Shown: positions 44,494 to 55,682, counted from the first letter of the stretch. The stretch: DNA of 64,000 bases from Alphaproteobacteria bacterium (GCA_965249135.1 OZ252220.1:1344001-1408000), one strand, 5' to 3'. The notes: generated by a model from the sequence alone, not told the origin. Program-made: numbers and translations.

Positions 44494-45249
44494 TCAGCCG
44501 TCTTTGCCCAACCCAAACAATTCTATGGCCCGGACAAGGTCTTGGTGAGTATCGACACCGAGCGGAACCGTGTCAACGAGCGCCACGTCGATCCGCATGC
44601 CGGTTTCCAGCGCACGCAGTTGTTCGAGCCCCTCTTTAAGTTCCGAGGAGGTTTGGGGGAGAGACACGAAGCGCTCAAGCGCTGCACGGCGAAACGCATA
44701 AAGGCCGATGTGATGGTAGGAAGGCCCATTCGCGCCCGGCACGGGACTTCGTGAGAAGGATAAGGCGCGGCCAAGGTGCGCGCCTGCTTCGATCTCGATG
44801 GCCACCTTCACGACATGGGGATCTTTGAGCTCTTCTTCGCCTTCGATTTTAACCGCAAGCGTCGCGATATCGACGGCGGGATCTTTGAGCGGGCCAAGGG
44901 CGGCCTTGATCGCCATTGGACTTATGAAGGGAAGATCGCCCTGCAGATTGACGACGACGTCGTGCGCGCCTTCTGGATCGATGGCCGAGACCGCCTCGAA
45001 GATGCGATCCGAGCCGCTGGCATGGTCGGCCCGCGTCAGGATCCAGCGTCCGCCTGCCGCCTCAACGGCCTTGCCGATCGTTTCGTCCTCGCAGGCCACA
45101 AGGACGGGACCGATACCCGCCTCCTCGGCCCGCCTTAAGACGTGGACGACCATCGGTTCGCCTTTGATGTCGGCAAGCGGCTTTCCAGGAAACCGCTTCG
45201 AGGCAAGCCGGACGGGAATCACGACGATCGGATTTTGAACCTTCGTCAT
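44494..45249 (-). CDS. kdsB: 3-deoxy-manno-octulosonate cytidylyltransferase
   Basis: IP.RLASKRFPGKPL, SGSDRI, NLQGD, HIGLY, LEQLRAL, GVDT. Confidence 0.94.
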   Translation of the reverse strand: MTKVQNPIVVIPVRLASKRFPGKPLADIKGEPMVVHVLRRAEEAGIGPVLVACEDETIGKAVEAAGGRWILTRADHASGSDRIFEAVSAIDPEGAHDVVVNLQGDLPFISPMAIKAALGPLKDPAVDIATLAVKIEGEEELKDPHVVKVAIEIEAGAHLGRALSFSRSPVPGANGPSYHHIGLYAFRRAALERFVSLPQTSSELKEGLEQLRALETGMRIDVALVDTVPLGVDTHQDLVRAIELFGLGKDG

Positions 45250-45392
45250 CTTAAAAACCTGTATAGCGCGGGGGGGTCAACTGCGTCACTCGGATTTCCG
45301 ATGCGATGCCTTTGGAAAGGTGCAGGAATAGACGCCGGAAGGCGGGTGCGTTAGTCTGACCAATCGGCCAATCGCCCCAGGAGAAGGAACGC

Positions 45393-45929
45393 ATGCGTCC
45401 ATCGCACTTTTTGAAAATCCTTGGCGTGGTCGTGCTTACCGCCGCCCTGGCTGCGGCCTGCGACGAGGCCGGAAAAGAGGCCGAAGACGCGGCCGTGGGG
45501 CCGGCGGACGAGATCGAATCCATGCTGCAGGCCTTCGAAAAAGACGTGGAAAAGCAAGCGGCCGCTGCGGCGAAGAAGGCGCAAGAAGTGGAAGCGGTGG
45601 CAAAGGGCGCGGTGTTGGCGGGCGATGCCACCGCCGGTCGAAAGGTCTTCAAGAAATGCGCGGTCTGCCACACGGCCGAAAAGGGGGGCAAGCACAAGGT
45701 GGGGCCGAATCTTTGGAACGTCGTCGATCGCAAGAAGGCCTCGGCCGAGGGCTTTTCCTATTCGACCGCCATGAAAGAGGCGGGCGGCAATTGGACGGAA
45801 ACGGACCTCGATCAGTACCTCACCTCACCGAAAAAGTTCTTGCCTGGAAACCGGATGGCCTTTGCCGGCGTACGCAAGGCGAAAGATCGGGCCAATCTGA
45901 TCGCCTATCTGAAGTCGCTCGCAGACTAG
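45393..45929 (+). CDS. Class I cytochrome c (c2-like) with lipoprotein signal peptide
   Basis: CAVCH heme motif, KVGPNL, PGNRMAFAG axial Met; N-terminal lipobox-like LAAA-CDE. Confidence 0.9.
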   Translation: MRPSHFLKILGVVVLTAALAAACDEAGKEAEDAAVGPADEIESMLQAFEKDVEKQAAAAAKKAQEVEAVAKGAVLAGDATAGRKVFKKCAVCHTAEKGGKHKVGPNLWNVVDRKKASAEGFSYSTAMKEAGGNWTETDLDQYLTSPKKFLPGNRMAFAGVRKAKDRANLIAYLKSLAD

Positions 45930-45939
45930 GGGGAAACGC

Positions 45940-46734
45940 TTGGCGGACCCCTCCCCGGAGGAACTGCGGACCTTTGCGGAAGCGCTTGCCGAGGTAAGCG
46001 GCGAGGTGCTCCGTCGCTATTACCGCACGCCCGTGGACGTCGACCAGAAGCCGGACCAAAGCCCGGTGACGATCGCCGATCGGGAAACCGAGTCAATTTT
46101 ACGCGAACGCATCGAGGCGGCCTTCCCGGCCCATGGCATCCTCGGCGAAGAGTTCGGCGCCATCCGCGAAGAGGCCCGTTACGTCTGGGTCCTCGATCCC
46201 ATCGACGGGACGAAGGCGTTTATCACCGGCAAGCCGCTGTTCGGCACGCTGATTGGCCTATTGAGGGATAACGCGCCGTTCCTGGGGCTGATCGATCAAC
46301 CAATCTTGAACGAACGTTGGGTCGGCATGCGGGGCCAAGAGACCCTATTCAACGGGAAGCCTGCGAAGACGCGGGCCTGCCCGAACGTCGGTCTTGCCGC
46401 CATGTATTCGACGGCGCCCGGCATGTTCGAAGGCGATGATGCGGAGGCCTATGGGCGGCTCAAGAAGCGCGTGCGTTACCCGCTGTTCGGAACGGATTGT
46501 TATGGCTATGGGCTCTTGGCGCTCGGCTTTGCGGATCTGGTGGTGGAGGCGAAGTTGAAGAACCATGATTTCTGCCCGATCGTTCCCATCGTCGAAGGGG
46601 CGGGCGGGCGCATGACGGACTGGCAGGGAAGGCCGCTTGGTCCAGACTCCGACGGCCGCGTCCTTGCCGCCGGCGATGCGACCCTTTATGAGGCGGCCCT
46701 AGCCATCCTCCAGGGGCGCGAAGTGACCAAGTAA
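45940..46734 (+). CDS. hisN: Histidinol-phosphatase, inositol monophosphatase family
   Basis: SPVTIADRE, GEE, WVLDPIDGTKAFITG, DCYGY. Confidence 0.85.
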   Translation: MADPSPEELRTFAEALAEVSGEVLRRYYRTPVDVDQKPDQSPVTIADRETESILRERIEAAFPAHGILGEEFGAIREEARYVWVLDPIDGTKAFITGKPLFGTLIGLLRDNAPFLGLIDQPILNERWVGMRGQETLFNGKPAKTRACPNVGLAAMYSTAPGMFEGDDAEAYGRLKKRVRYPLFGTDCYGYGLLALGFADLVVEAKLKNHDFCPIVPIVEGAGGRMTDWQGRPLGPDSDGRVLAAGDATLYEAALAILQGREVTK

Positions 46735-46737
46735 GAG

Positions 46738-48615
46738 ATGGTGAGCATCCTTGAAATCCGCAGCGCACGCGTAAGTTCTTTACTTTACGCTTTCGCATTC
46801 CTGCTGCTTTGCCTCGTGCCCGGAACGGCAGAAGCGGAAAGCAAGTTTGAGGGTCTCCGCCACGGACTTTCGATGTTCGGCGATCTCAAATACGGGCCCG
46901 GTTTCGAACACTTCGATTACGTGAACCCAAACGCGCCGAAAGGGGGCGAAGTGAAACTCGCCGCGATCGGCAGCTTCGACAGCCTCAACCCGAACGTGCT
47001 GAAGGGGATCCCGGCGGCAAGCCTTGGACTGACGCGCGACACGCTGCTTAAAAGTTCGGACGACGAGGCCTTCGCCGAATACGGACTGATCGCCGAAAGC
47101 GTTGAGATCGCACCGGATCGCAGCGCCGTCACCTTCATGCTCAGAAGCCAAGCCCGTTGGCATGACCAAAGCCCGATCACGGCAGACGACGTCATTTTCT
47201 CGCTCACCGCACTGAAGGAGAAAGGGCATCCGACCTACCGCGCCTATTACGCGGACGTGCTGGGCGCAGAGAAGGTGGGCGAGCGCAAGGTGCGGTTTCG
47301 TTTTCGCGACGGCAACAACCGCGAGCTTCCGCTGATCCTGGGCCAGATGCCGATCGTCTCGAAGGCTTACTATTCGAAGGTCGATTTCGAAAAGACGTCG
47401 CTGGAGCCACCTTTGGCCAGCGGGCCCTACCGAATCGAAGCCGTCGATCCCGGCCGTTCGATCACCTATGTGCGCGTCAAGGATTACTGGGGAAAGGACT
47501 TGGCCGTAAACCGGGGAAAATATAATTTCGACCGGATCCGCCTCGATTATTACCGGGACACCGTGGTTGCGGTCGAGGCCTTCAAGGCCGGCGAATACGA
47601 CCTGCGTCGGGAGAACGTCTCGAAGAACTGGGCGACCGCCTACGACTTCCCGGCCCTTGCCGCGGGTTACGTGAACAAGGTGGAGATTGCCCACGAAATC
47701 CCGACCGGCATGCAGTGCTTCGCCTTCAACACGCGCCGGCCCATCTTCAAGGACCCCCGCGTGCGTCAGGCGTTGACCTATGCCTTCGACTTCGACTGGA
47801 CGAACCGAAGCCTTTTCTACGGCGCCTATACACGTACCCGGAGCTATTTCTCGAATTCCGAGCTTGCCTCGCGCGGCCTGCCCTCGGCAGACGAGTTGAA
47901 GCTGCTCGAGCCTTTCCGCGGGCAGATTCCGCAAGCCGTCTTCACGAAGGAATACGTGCCGCCTGCCACGGACGGAACCGGTAACATCCGGGCTAACTTA
48001 CGCGCCGCCTTCGGTCTTTTAGAAGCGGCAGGCTGGGTCGTGCGCGATCAAGTCCTGGTCAATGCCGGGACAGGCGTGCCCCTTACCTTCGAGGTCATGC
48101 TGGTGGACCCCTCCTTCGAGCGGGTCGTGCTGCCCTATGTGCGAAACCTAAAGCGGCTTGGCATCGACGTGCGGGTGCGCACCGTCGATCCCTCTCAGTA
48201 TCAAAACCGGTTCAACGACTTCGATTTCGACATGACGGTCGCCTCCTTCGGACAATCGCTTTCACCCGGCAACGAACAGCGTGATTTCTGGTCGAGCCGG
48301 TCGGCGGAGATCCCGGGCAGCCGCAACCTCATCGGGATCCGTGACCCGGTCGTGGATTCGCTTATCGAAAGTCTCATCAACGCGCCGGATCGTGGCGGCC
48401 TGATCGCCCGGACCCGGGCGCTGGATCGCGTCCTTCTGTGGGGTCACTACGTCGTGCCCCATTGGCACATCCGCCACTTCCGGGTGATCTACTGGAACCG
48501 CTTCGGCCGGCCGGAGCACCCGCCGAAATACGCGCTCGGTTTCAACGACTGGTGGATCGCGCCTGAGAAGGACGCGGCACTTCGCTCTTACCGCAACCAG
48601 CCCGCCAAGCCTTAA
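46738..48615 (+). CDS. yejA: ABC transporter substrate-binding protein (YejA-like)
   Basis: Signal peptide, HFDYVNPNAPKGG, FDSLNP, SLSPGNEQR, ALDRVL. Confidence 0.9.
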   Translation: MVSILEIRSARVSSLLYAFAFLLLCLVPGTAEAESKFEGLRHGLSMFGDLKYGPGFEHFDYVNPNAPKGGEVKLAAIGSFDSLNPNVLKGIPAASLGLTRDTLLKSSDDEAFAEYGLIAESVEIAPDRSAVTFMLRSQARWHDQSPITADDVIFSLTALKEKGHPTYRAYYADVLGAEKVGERKVRFRFRDGNNRELPLILGQMPIVSKAYYSKVDFEKTSLEPPLASGPYRIEAVDPGRSITYVRVKDYWGKDLAVNRGKYNFDRIRLDYYRDTVVAVEAFKAGEYDLRRENVSKNWATAYDFPALAAGYVNKVEIAHEIPTGMQCFAFNTRRPIFKDPRVRQALTYAFDFDWTNRSLFYGAYTRTRSYFSNSELASRGLPSADELKLLEPFRGQIPQAVFTKEYVPPATDGTGNIRANLRAAFGLLEAAGWVVRDQVLVNAGTGVPLTFEVMLVDPSFERVVLPYVRNLKRLGIDVRVRTVDPSQYQNRFNDFDFDMTVASFGQSLSPGNEQRDFWSSRSAEIPGSRNLIGIRDPVVDSLIESLINAPDRGGLIARTRALDRVLLWGHYVVPHWHIRHFRVIYWNRFGRPEHPPKYALGFNDWWIAPEKDAALRSYRNQPAKP

Positions 48616-48630
48616 GACCTAAAAAACGCC

Positions 48631-49746
48631 ATGCTCGCCTACATCCTGCGACGGCTTCTCCTGATCATCCCGACGCTTTTCGGGATCATGGTCGTCAACT
48701 TCATCGTCGTGCAGGTCGCCCCCGGCGGCCCCGTCGAGCGCTTGATCGCGCAAATCCAGGGCATCGACGTAGGCGCAACGGCCCGGATCGCCGGCACGTC
48801 CACCGGCGAAGCGCCGATCCGCGAATCGGCGAAGACGCGGGCCACGACAGAAAGCGCAACCAGCAAGTATCGCGGCGCCCAAGGATTGGACCCGGAGTTC
48901 GTCAAGCACATCGAGAAGCTTTACGGCTTCGACAAGCCCGCCCATGAGCGTTTCTTCGTCATGATGAAGGGGTACTTACGCTTCGACTTCGGCGAAAGTT
49001 ACTTCCGCAACCGTTCCGTCGTCGATCTTGTGTTCGACAAGATGCCGGTCTCCATTTCGCTAGGCCTCTGGACGACGCTTTTGGTCTATCTGATCTCCAT
49101 CCCCTTGGGCGTCGCAAAAGCAGTCCGGGACGGCTCCCCGTTCGATGTGTGGACGAGTTCCGTCGTCATCGTCGGCTATGCGATTCCAAGCTTCCTGTTT
49201 GCGATTCTGCTGATCGTGCTGCTAGCGGGCGGCAGCTTCGTGGATATCTTTCCCCTGCGTGGCCTTACCTCCGAGAACTGGCACGAACTCGACTGGCCGG
49301 CGCGCATTCTGGATTACTTCTGGCACATCGCGTTGCCGGTGCTGGCCATGGTCATCGGCGGCTTCGCGGGCCTTACCATGCTCACCAAGAATTCTTTCCT
49401 CGAGGAAATCAACAAGCAATACGTCGTGACCGCGCGGGCGAAGGGACTGACGAAGCACCGCGTACTTTATGGTCACGTCTTTCGGAACGCGATGCTGATC
49501 GTGATCGCGGGATTCCCGAGCGCGTTCATCGGCGTCCTCTTTACGGGCGCGTTGCTGATTGAGGTCATCTTCTCGCTCGATGGCCTCGGCCTGCTCGGAT
49601 TCGAGGCAGCCATCAACCGCGACTACCCGGTGATGTTCGCCACCCTCTACTTCTTCACGCTGATCGGATTGCTGATGAATCTGCTCGGCGATCTCATGTA
49701 TGTCGTCGTCGATCCCCGCATCGACTTCGATACGCGCGAGGTATGA
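48631..49746 (+). CDS. yejB: ABC transporter permease YejB
   Basis: [29 protein letters not shown]-like loop TARAKGL. Confidence 0.92.
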   Translation: MLAYILRRLLLIIPTLFGIMVVNFIVVQVAPGGPVERLIAQIQGIDVGATARIAGTSTGEAPIRESAKTRATTESATSKYRGAQGLDPEFVKHIEKLYGFDKPAHERFFVMMKGYLRFDFGESYFRNRSVVDLVFDKMPVSISLGLWTTLLVYLISIPLGVAKAVRDGSPFDVWTSSVVIVGYAIPSFLFAILLIVLLAGGSFVDIFPLRGLTSENWHELDWPARILDYFWHIALPVLAMVIGGFAGLTMLTKNSFLEEINKQYVVTARAKGLTKHRVLYGHVFRNAMLIVIAGFPSAFIGVLFTGALLIEVIFSLDGLGLLGFEAAINRDYPVMFATLYFFTLIGLLMNLLGDLMYVVVDPRIDFDTREV

Positions 49747-50798
49747 GCAGGATGGAAGACCGGTTCTTCGGCATTCGCATCACGCCACTCACACGCCGAC
49801 GGCTTCACAATTTCCGCGCGAACCGGCGCGGTTTCTGGTCGTTGTGGATCTTTCTTGCGCTTTTCTTCGCGAGCCTGTTCGCGGAGATCGTCGCGAACGA
49901 CCGGCCGCTCGTCGTCTACTACGACGAAGGGATCTATTTCCCGGTGTTCGAGCGTTACACCGAAACCGCCTTCGGCGGCGAGTTCGAGACCGAGGCCGAC
50001 TACCGGGACCCCTATGTCATCGGCCTGATCGACGCGAAGGGCTGGTTTGTCTGGCCGCTCATCGAATACGGGCCGAGGACGATCAACTACGAGCTACCCC
50101 AGCCGGCGCCGGCGCCGCCGTCGCCTGAGAACTGGCTCGGCACGGACGACCAAGGCCGGGACGTCGTGGCCCGCATCGTCTATGGGTTTCGGATTTCCGT
50201 CCTGTTCGGGCTTGCGCTCACGCTGTTCAGTTCGATCGTCGGCGTCGCGGCCGGTGCCGTCCAAGGCTATTTCGGCGGCTGGACGGACCTACTCTCCCAG
50301 CGCTTCATCGAGATCTGGGGGGGGCTTCCGGTGCTGTTCCTGCTGATCATTCTCTCGAGCGTGGTTGAGCCGAACTTCTGGTGGCTGCTCGGCATCATGC
50401 TGCTGTTCAGCTGGATGACACTGGTCGGTGTCGTGCGCGCGGAGTTTCTCCGGGCCAGGAACTTCGACTACGTGCGTGCCGCGCGCGCCCTTGGGGTCAG
50501 GAACCTGACGATCATGTTCCGCCACGTGCTTCCCAACGCCATGGTCGCGACGCTTACCTTCCTTCCTTTTATCCTGAGCGGGTCGATCACGACGCTCACA
50601 TCGCTCGACTTCTTAGGCTTCGGTCTGCCGCCGGGATCTGCATCGCTTGGTGAGTTGCTCGCCCAAGGCAAGGCGAACCTGCAGGCGCCCTGGCTTGGAA
50701 TCGGTGGCTTCCTCGTGCTCGCCCTCATGCTGACGCTGCTGATCTTCGTCGGCGAAGCGGTGCGGGATGCCTTCGATCCAAGGAAGACCCGGCCATGA
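49743..50798 (+). CDS. yejE: ABC transporter permease YejE
   Basis: [32 protein letters not shown]. Confidence 0.92.
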   Translation: MSRMEDRFFGIRITPLTRRRLHNFRANRRGFWSLWIFLALFFASLFAEIVANDRPLVVYYDEGIYFPVFERYTETAFGGEFETEADYRDPYVIGLIDAKGWFVWPLIEYGPRTINYELPQPAPAPPSPENWLGTDDQGRDVVARIVYGFRISVLFGLALTLFSSIVGVAAGAVQGYFGGWTDLLSQRFIEIWGGLPVLFLLIILSSVVEPNFWWLLGIMLLFSWMTLVGVVRAEFLRARNFDYVRAARALGVRNLTIMFRHVLPNAMVATLTFLPFILSGSITTLTSLDFLGFGLPPGSASLGELLAQGKANLQAPWLGIGGFLVLALMLTLLIFVGEAVRDAFDPRKTRP

Positions 50799-52399
50799 TC
50801 CCCTTCGTCGAAATCAAAAACCTGTCCGTCGTCTTCGGCCATGGTGCGAAGGCGGTGGAAGCCGTGCGCGAGGTCTCGCTTACGATTCACAAGGGCGAGA
50901 CGTTGGCGCTGGTCGGCGAAAGCGGGTCCGGCAAATCCGTGACCGCGCTTTCGATCCTGCAGCTTCTTCCCACCCCTTATGCGCGCCACCCGAAAGGCAG
51001 CATCCGTATCGAAGGGCGCGAAGTGATCGGCGCACCGCATGGTGAACTTCAACGCTTGCGCGGCGGGCGCATCGCCATGATCTTCCAGGAGCCGATGACG
51101 TCCCTAAATCCGCTGCACACCATCCGCAAGCAGATCGGCGAGACGCTGGCGCTCCACAAGGGGCTTGCGAACAAGGCGGCGGAGGCGCGCACGCTCGAGC
51201 TGCTTCGCCTCGTCCAGCTCAAGGATCCGGAAAGCCGTCTCGACGCCTACCCGCACCAGCTTTCCGGCGGCGAGCGTCAGCGCATCATGATCGCGATGGC
51301 GCTGGCCAACGAGCCGGACCTTTTGATCGCCGACGAGCCGACGACGGCGCTCGACGTCACGATCCAGGCACAAATATTGAAGCTTCTGAAAGAGTTGAAG
51401 GAAAAGCTCGGCATGGCGATGCTGCTGATCACCCACGATTTGGGGATCGTACGCAAGATGGCGGACCGCATTGCCGTCATGCATGAAGGCCGGATCGTCG
51501 AGACGGAAGCAACCGAGCGGCTCTTCGAGGCGCCCAAGCATGCCTACACGAAGATGCTGCTGGCGGCGGAACCAAGTGGCAAGCCTAATCATCCCGATCC
51601 GTCCGCGCCTGTCGTCATGACCGGCGAGGGGGTACGCGTCTGGTTCCCGATCAAGAAGGGGCTACTCAGACGCACCGTCAATTACGTAAAGGCGGTGGAC
51701 GGCATTTCCGTTTCCGTTCGCGCCGGCCACACGCTTGGCATCGTCGGCGAAAGCGGGTCCGGCAAGACGACGCTGGCGCTTGCACTCCTCCGCCTGCAGA
51801 AAAGCGAAGGGAAGATCCAACTCGACGGCCGCGATTTGAAGCGGCTTCGCCAAAACGAACTGCAGCCGCTTCGAAAGGAAATGCAGATCGTCTTCCAGGA
51901 TCCCTTCTCGAGCCTAAGCCCGCGCATGTCGATCGGGCAGATCATCGAGGAAGGGCTTCGCGTCCATAAACTCGGCGGCATCCCGGAAGAGCGGGTCGCA
52001 CTCATCGAAGCCGCCCTTCGCGAGGTCGGGCTCGACCCGGAAACGCGGCACCGCTATCCCCATGAGTTCTCCGGCGGCCAGCGCCAGCGGGTGGCGATCG
52101 CCCGGGCCATCGTGCTGAAGCCGAAACTCTTGGTGCTCGACGAGCCAACGTCCGCGCTCGACCGTTCCGTCCAGGCGCAGATCGTCGATCTGCTGCGCGA
52201 CCTCCAAGCCCGCCACGGGCTCGCCTATATTTTCATCAGCCATGACTTAAAAGTCGTCCGCGCGCTTGCCGACGAAGTCATCGTGCTGAAGGACGGCCAT
52301 TTGATCGAGGCGGGACCGGCGGAACGGATCTTCGCCCAGCCAAGCGACGCCTATACCCGGGCGCTCATCAAGGCGGCCTTCGAGTTGGAGGCGGCTTGA
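50795..52399 (+). CDS. yejF: ABC transporter ATP-binding protein YejF (double ATPase)
   Basis: Two GESGSGK Walker A motifs, LSGGERQR/FSGGQRQR, DEPT. Confidence 0.92.
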   Translation: MIPFVEIKNLSVVFGHGAKAVEAVREVSLTIHKGETLALVGESGSGKSVTALSILQLLPTPYARHPKGSIRIEGREVIGAPHGELQRLRGGRIAMIFQEPMTSLNPLHTIRKQIGETLALHKGLANKAAEARTLELLRLVQLKDPESRLDAYPHQLSGGERQRIMIAMALANEPDLLIADEPTTALDVTIQAQILKLLKELKEKLGMAMLLITHDLGIVRKMADRIAVMHEGRIVETEATERLFEAPKHAYTKMLLAAEPSGKPNHPDPSAPVVMTGEGVRVWFPIKKGLLRRTVNYVKAVDGISVSVRAGHTLGIVGESGSGKTTLALALLRLQKSEGKIQLDGRDLKRLRQNELQPLRKEMQIVFQDPFSSLSPRMSIGQIIEEGLRVHKLGGIPEERVALIEAALREVGLDPETRHRYPHEFSGGQRQRVAIARAIVLKPKLLVLDEPTSALDRSVQAQIVDLLRDLQARHGLAYIFISHDLKVVRALADEVIVLKDGHLIEAGPAERIFAQPSDAYTRALIKAAFELEAA

Positions 52400-52449
52400 A
52401 ACCCGATCCCGTCATTGCCTAAGGGGGCAGGCGACCCTATAAGGCCCCG

Positions 52450-54252
52450 ATGACGGAACTCAAATTCATCCGAAATTTCGCGATCATCGCCCATATCGAC
52501 CACGGGAAATCGACGCTGGCCGACCGCCTGATCCAGCTTTGCGGCGGCTTGACGAAGCGCGAGTTGCGCGAGCAGGTCCTAGATACGATGGAGCTCGAAC
52601 GCGAACGCGGCATCACCATCAAGGCCCATTCCGTGCGCCTCAACTACCAGGCAGACGACGGCAATGTTTACGAGCTTAACCTCATGGACACGCCCGGCCA
52701 CGTCGACTTCGCCTATGAGGTGAGCCGGTCGCTGGCGGCATGCGAAGGGTCGCTTCTCATCGTCGATGCGAGCCAGGGGGTGGAGGCCCAGACGCTGGCC
52801 AACGTCTATCAGGCGATCGAGAACGACCACGAGATCGTGCCCATGCTGAACAAGATCGACCTCGTGGCCGCTGAGCCGGAGCGGGTGAAGGGCCAGTTGA
52901 AGAACGTGATCGGCCTCGATCCGGAAGGTGCGCTTCTGGCCTCGGCGAAGACCGGCGAGGGCGTGAAAGAAGTGCTGGAGGCGCTCATCCACCGCCTGCC
53001 GGCGCCAAAGGGCGAATTCAAGGCGCTGCTTCGCGCCCTTCTCGTCGACAGCTGGTACGACGCCTATCTCGGCGTCGTCATCCTGGTCCGCATCCTCGAT
53101 GGCGAGCTGAAACGGGGCCAGAAGATTCGCATGATGGCGACGGATGCGAGCTATACGATCGATCGCGTCGGCGTCTATACGCCGAAACAGGAGACGGTTG
53201 AAGCGCTTGGTCCCGGCGAGATTGGTTTTTTCACCGCCAGCATCAAGGCGGTGGCGGATTGCCGCATCGGCGATACGATCACCGACGCGGAACGGCCCGC
53301 GCTTACGCCGCTGCCCGGCTTCAAGCCGAGCGTGCCGGTCGTCTTCTGCGGCCTCTTTCCGATGGATGCGGCCGATTTCGGCCAGCTTCGGGAGAGCTTA
53401 GGCAAGCTTGGCCTGAACGATGCGAGCTTCGTCTATGAGGCGGAGACCTCGGCCGCCCTTGGCTTCGGTTTCCGCTGCGGCTTTTTGGGCCTGCTGCACA
53501 TGGAGATCATCACCGAGCGGCTCGAGCGTGAGTTCAACCTCGATTTGATTACGACGACGCCTTCCGTCATTTACCGTGTTCATCTCAACGATGGCGAAGT
53601 GAAGGAGCTTCACAACCCGGCCGATCTGCCGGATCCGGTGAGGATCACCAAGATCGAGGAGCCCTGGATCAAGACGACGATCTTGGTTCCCGACGATTAT
53701 CTTGGCGCAGTCCTGCAATTGTGTACGGAACGACGCGGCGTGCAGATCGAGCTCACTTACGCAGGCAACCGCGCGATGGTCGTCTATCGGCTGCCCTTGA
53801 ACGAGATCGTCTACGACTTCTACGACCGGCTGAAGAGCGTCTCGCGCGGCTATGCGAGTTTCGATTACGTGATGGACGGCTACAAGGAAGGGGAGCTCGT
53901 GAAGCTGATCATCCTCGTGAATGGTGAGCTGGTCGACGCGCTGGCGATGATCGTCCACCGGGGCCACGCGGAGGCCCGCGGGCGGGCCATGTGCAAGCGC
54001 TTAAAGACGCTGATCCCAAGACAGTTGTTCAAGGTGGCGTTGCAGGCGGCGATCGGCGGCAAGGTCATCGCGCGCGAAACGGTGAGCGCACTGAGGAAGG
54101 ACGTCACCGCGAAATGCTATGGCGGCGACGTGACGCGCAAACGGAAGCTGCTTGAGAAACAGAAGAAGGGGAAGAAGAAGATGCGCGAGTTCGGCAATGT
54201 GGAGATCCCGAAGCGCGCCTTCCTCGAGGCCTTGAAGGCCGGCGAGGATTGA
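52450..54252 (+). CDS. lepA: Translation elongation factor 4
   Basis: [45 protein letters not shown]. Confidence 0.98.
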   Translation: MTELKFIRNFAIIAHIDHGKSTLADRLIQLCGGLTKRELREQVLDTMELERERGITIKAHSVRLNYQADDGNVYELNLMDTPGHVDFAYEVSRSLAACEGSLLIVDASQGVEAQTLANVYQAIENDHEIVPMLNKIDLVAAEPERVKGQLKNVIGLDPEGALLASAKTGEGVKEVLEALIHRLPAPKGEFKALLRALLVDSWYDAYLGVVILVRILDGELKRGQKIRMMATDASYTIDRVGVYTPKQETVEALGPGEIGFFTASIKAVADCRIGDTITDAERPALTPLPGFKPSVPVVFCGLFPMDAADFGQLRESLGKLGLNDASFVYEAETSAALGFGFRCGFLGLLHMEIITERLEREFNLDLITTTPSVIYRVHLNDGEVKELHNPADLPDPVRITKIEEPWIKTTILVPDDYLGAVLQLCTERRGVQIELTYAGNRAMVVYRLPLNEIVYDFYDRLKSVSRGYASFDYVMDGYKEGELVKLIILVNGELVDALAMIVHRGHAEARGRAMCKRLKTLIPRQLFKVALQAAIGGKVIARETVSALRKDVTAKCYGGDVTRKRKLLEKQKKGKKKMREFGNVEIPKRAFLEALKAGED

Positions 54253-54256
54253 AGCT

Positions 54257-54559
54257 TTAAGCCCGCCTTAGGAACCAGGCGAGCAAGCCGCCGATCACGC
54301 CGAAGACGAGCCAGGCCGGCTGCAACAGGACGGGCGTCGCGCCGTATTCCCAGATGGTCGGGTGGAGGTAGCGCTGGACGGAAGCCTGAAGCGCATTCAG
54401 GCTTCCAGTATCCAGGCGAAACCAAAGCTCACCAAGGGCAAGCGAGGCGAAGGCCTCGCCCTGGATCCAAGGTTGGAGCGCGCCGCCGAAGGCAAGCAGC
54501 GCCAGCACGAGGAACACCCAACCCAGATAGCGACCGGCTTTTCGAATGCGTCGAAGCAA
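54257..54559 (-). CDS. Small membrane hypothetical protein
   Basis: Two hydrophobic segments, LGELW...SLN..Q..VQRY..P.IW motif; TTG start after AGGAAGAG. Confidence 0.65.
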   Translation of the reverse strand: MLRRIRKAGRYLGWVFLVLALLAFGGALQPWIQGEAFASLALGELWFRLDTGSLNALQASVQRYLHPTIWEYGATPVLLQPAWLVFGVIGGLLAWFLRRA

Positions 54560-54681
54560 TTTATCTCTTCCTTTGTCCGGGCCCTTGTCCGGGCCCGCCT
54601 TGCTTTTCGATTTTAAGACTTCTAGCGGCTTCGCGCACCCCCTTGCGCGCCTATAGGCGATTGCGCAATGGTGGCGGCCCG

Positions 54682-54773
54682 GGAGGGGTGGCCGAGCGGT
54701 TGAAGGCGCGCGCCTGGAAAGTGCGTATAGGGTCAACGCCCTATCGTGGGTTCGAATCCCACCCCCTCCGCCA
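54682..54773 (+). tRNA. tRNA-Ser (GGA)
   Basis: Acceptor GGAGGGG/CCCCTCC-GCCA, anticodon loop CTGGAAA, long variable arm, T-loop GGTTCGAATCC. Confidence 0.96.
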
Positions 54774-54801
54774 ACTCGTCTTTATTTATGGATTTGCCTT
54801 G

Positions 54802-55185
54802 TCAGGCGTTTGCCTGTGCCTCGACGATATCGCCTTTCAAGCTCGAGACAAACGCAGCAATGTCGTCGCATTCCTGCTGGGGGATTTGCAACGCCTTCAT
54901 GGTGACACCGGCATGTTCAAGGAATATGGACCAATCCCTTTCACTGATTTTCATGCCTTCATGGGATGTCTTCATGTCCCGGCCGGTGTAGTACATCGGC
55001 CCACCGGCGTTTGCGCATAAATAATCGATCAGCAGTTGCCTCTCTCTCGCAATGCCATCGTCTCCTCGATTCTGCCAGAAACGGCCCAATTGAGAATCGC
55101 CTTGTAAACGTGGCAGCAAATCATTGGCAAAAGCGGTAATACCCGCGTAACCGCCAAGACGCTCATAAAGTGATTTCTGATCCAT
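54802..55185 (-). CDS. Group I truncated hemoglobin
   Basis: SLYERLGG, GGPMYYTGRDMKTSH (proximal His), size 127 aa; lower GC than flanks. Confidence 0.9.
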   Translation of the reverse strand: MDQKSLYERLGGYAGITAFANDLLPRLQGDSQLGRFWQNRGDDGIARERQLLIDYLCANAGGPMYYTGRDMKTSHEGMKISERDWSIFLEHAGVTMKALQIPQQECDDIAAFVSSLKGDIVEAQANA

Positions 55186-55354
55186 CAAAATTCTTCTCTT
55201 TCGTGTAAAAGATGCCCAACTGCATACGCGAAGCAACGTTCGCCGAACGTAGTGCGAATGCGTTAATTTTTTAAAACCAAGACCCTTTGGAGTACCGCCG
55301 ACCCCGTCTGCTGTGAACTTGTCTGGGTTCGTCTTCAATAATACTGGCCGTTCA

Positions 55355-55600
55355 ATGGCTTGTTTCGTCTATATCCTGGGAAGCGACGGCAAGGGCGGGT
55401 ATCGCACCTATGTGGGTTGGACCACGGATCCGGTGCGCCGGATTGGCGAGCACAATTCAGGCAAGGGCGCGCGCTCGACGCGAGGACGCAAGTGGGTTCT
55501 TCTTTATGCCGAGCGGTATGCTACGCGCGGGGAAGCCATGCGTCGAGAGTGGCATCTTAAACGGGATCGCCGGTTCAGGAAGTCGCTTTCCAAGCCGTAA
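55355..55600 (+). CDS. GIY-YIG nuclease family protein (UPF0213/YhbQ-like)
   Basis: FVYIL...TYVGWT.D..RR..EHN.GKGARST..R...A..RE..LK. Confidence 0.88.
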   Translation: MACFVYILGSDGKGGYRTYVGWTTDPVRRIGEHNSGKGARSTRGRKWVLLYAERYATRGEAMRREWHLKRDRRFRKSLSKP

Positions 55601-55682
55601 TTGATCCGGCACCCGGGGAAAAGGCTACCGACATAAGTGAGAAGACACGCGCAGTAAAATCCATGGTGAAGGGGAAGCAACA

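Noticed and set aside
54573-54596. 12-bp tandem repeat TTGTCCGGGCCC x2
   Set aside because: Two short copies in an intergenic region; no array structure or evident function.
55355-55600. GIY-YIG gene as a homing endonuclease or mobile element
   Set aside because: 81-aa stand-alone UPF0213-type protein with no DNA-binding extension or intron context.
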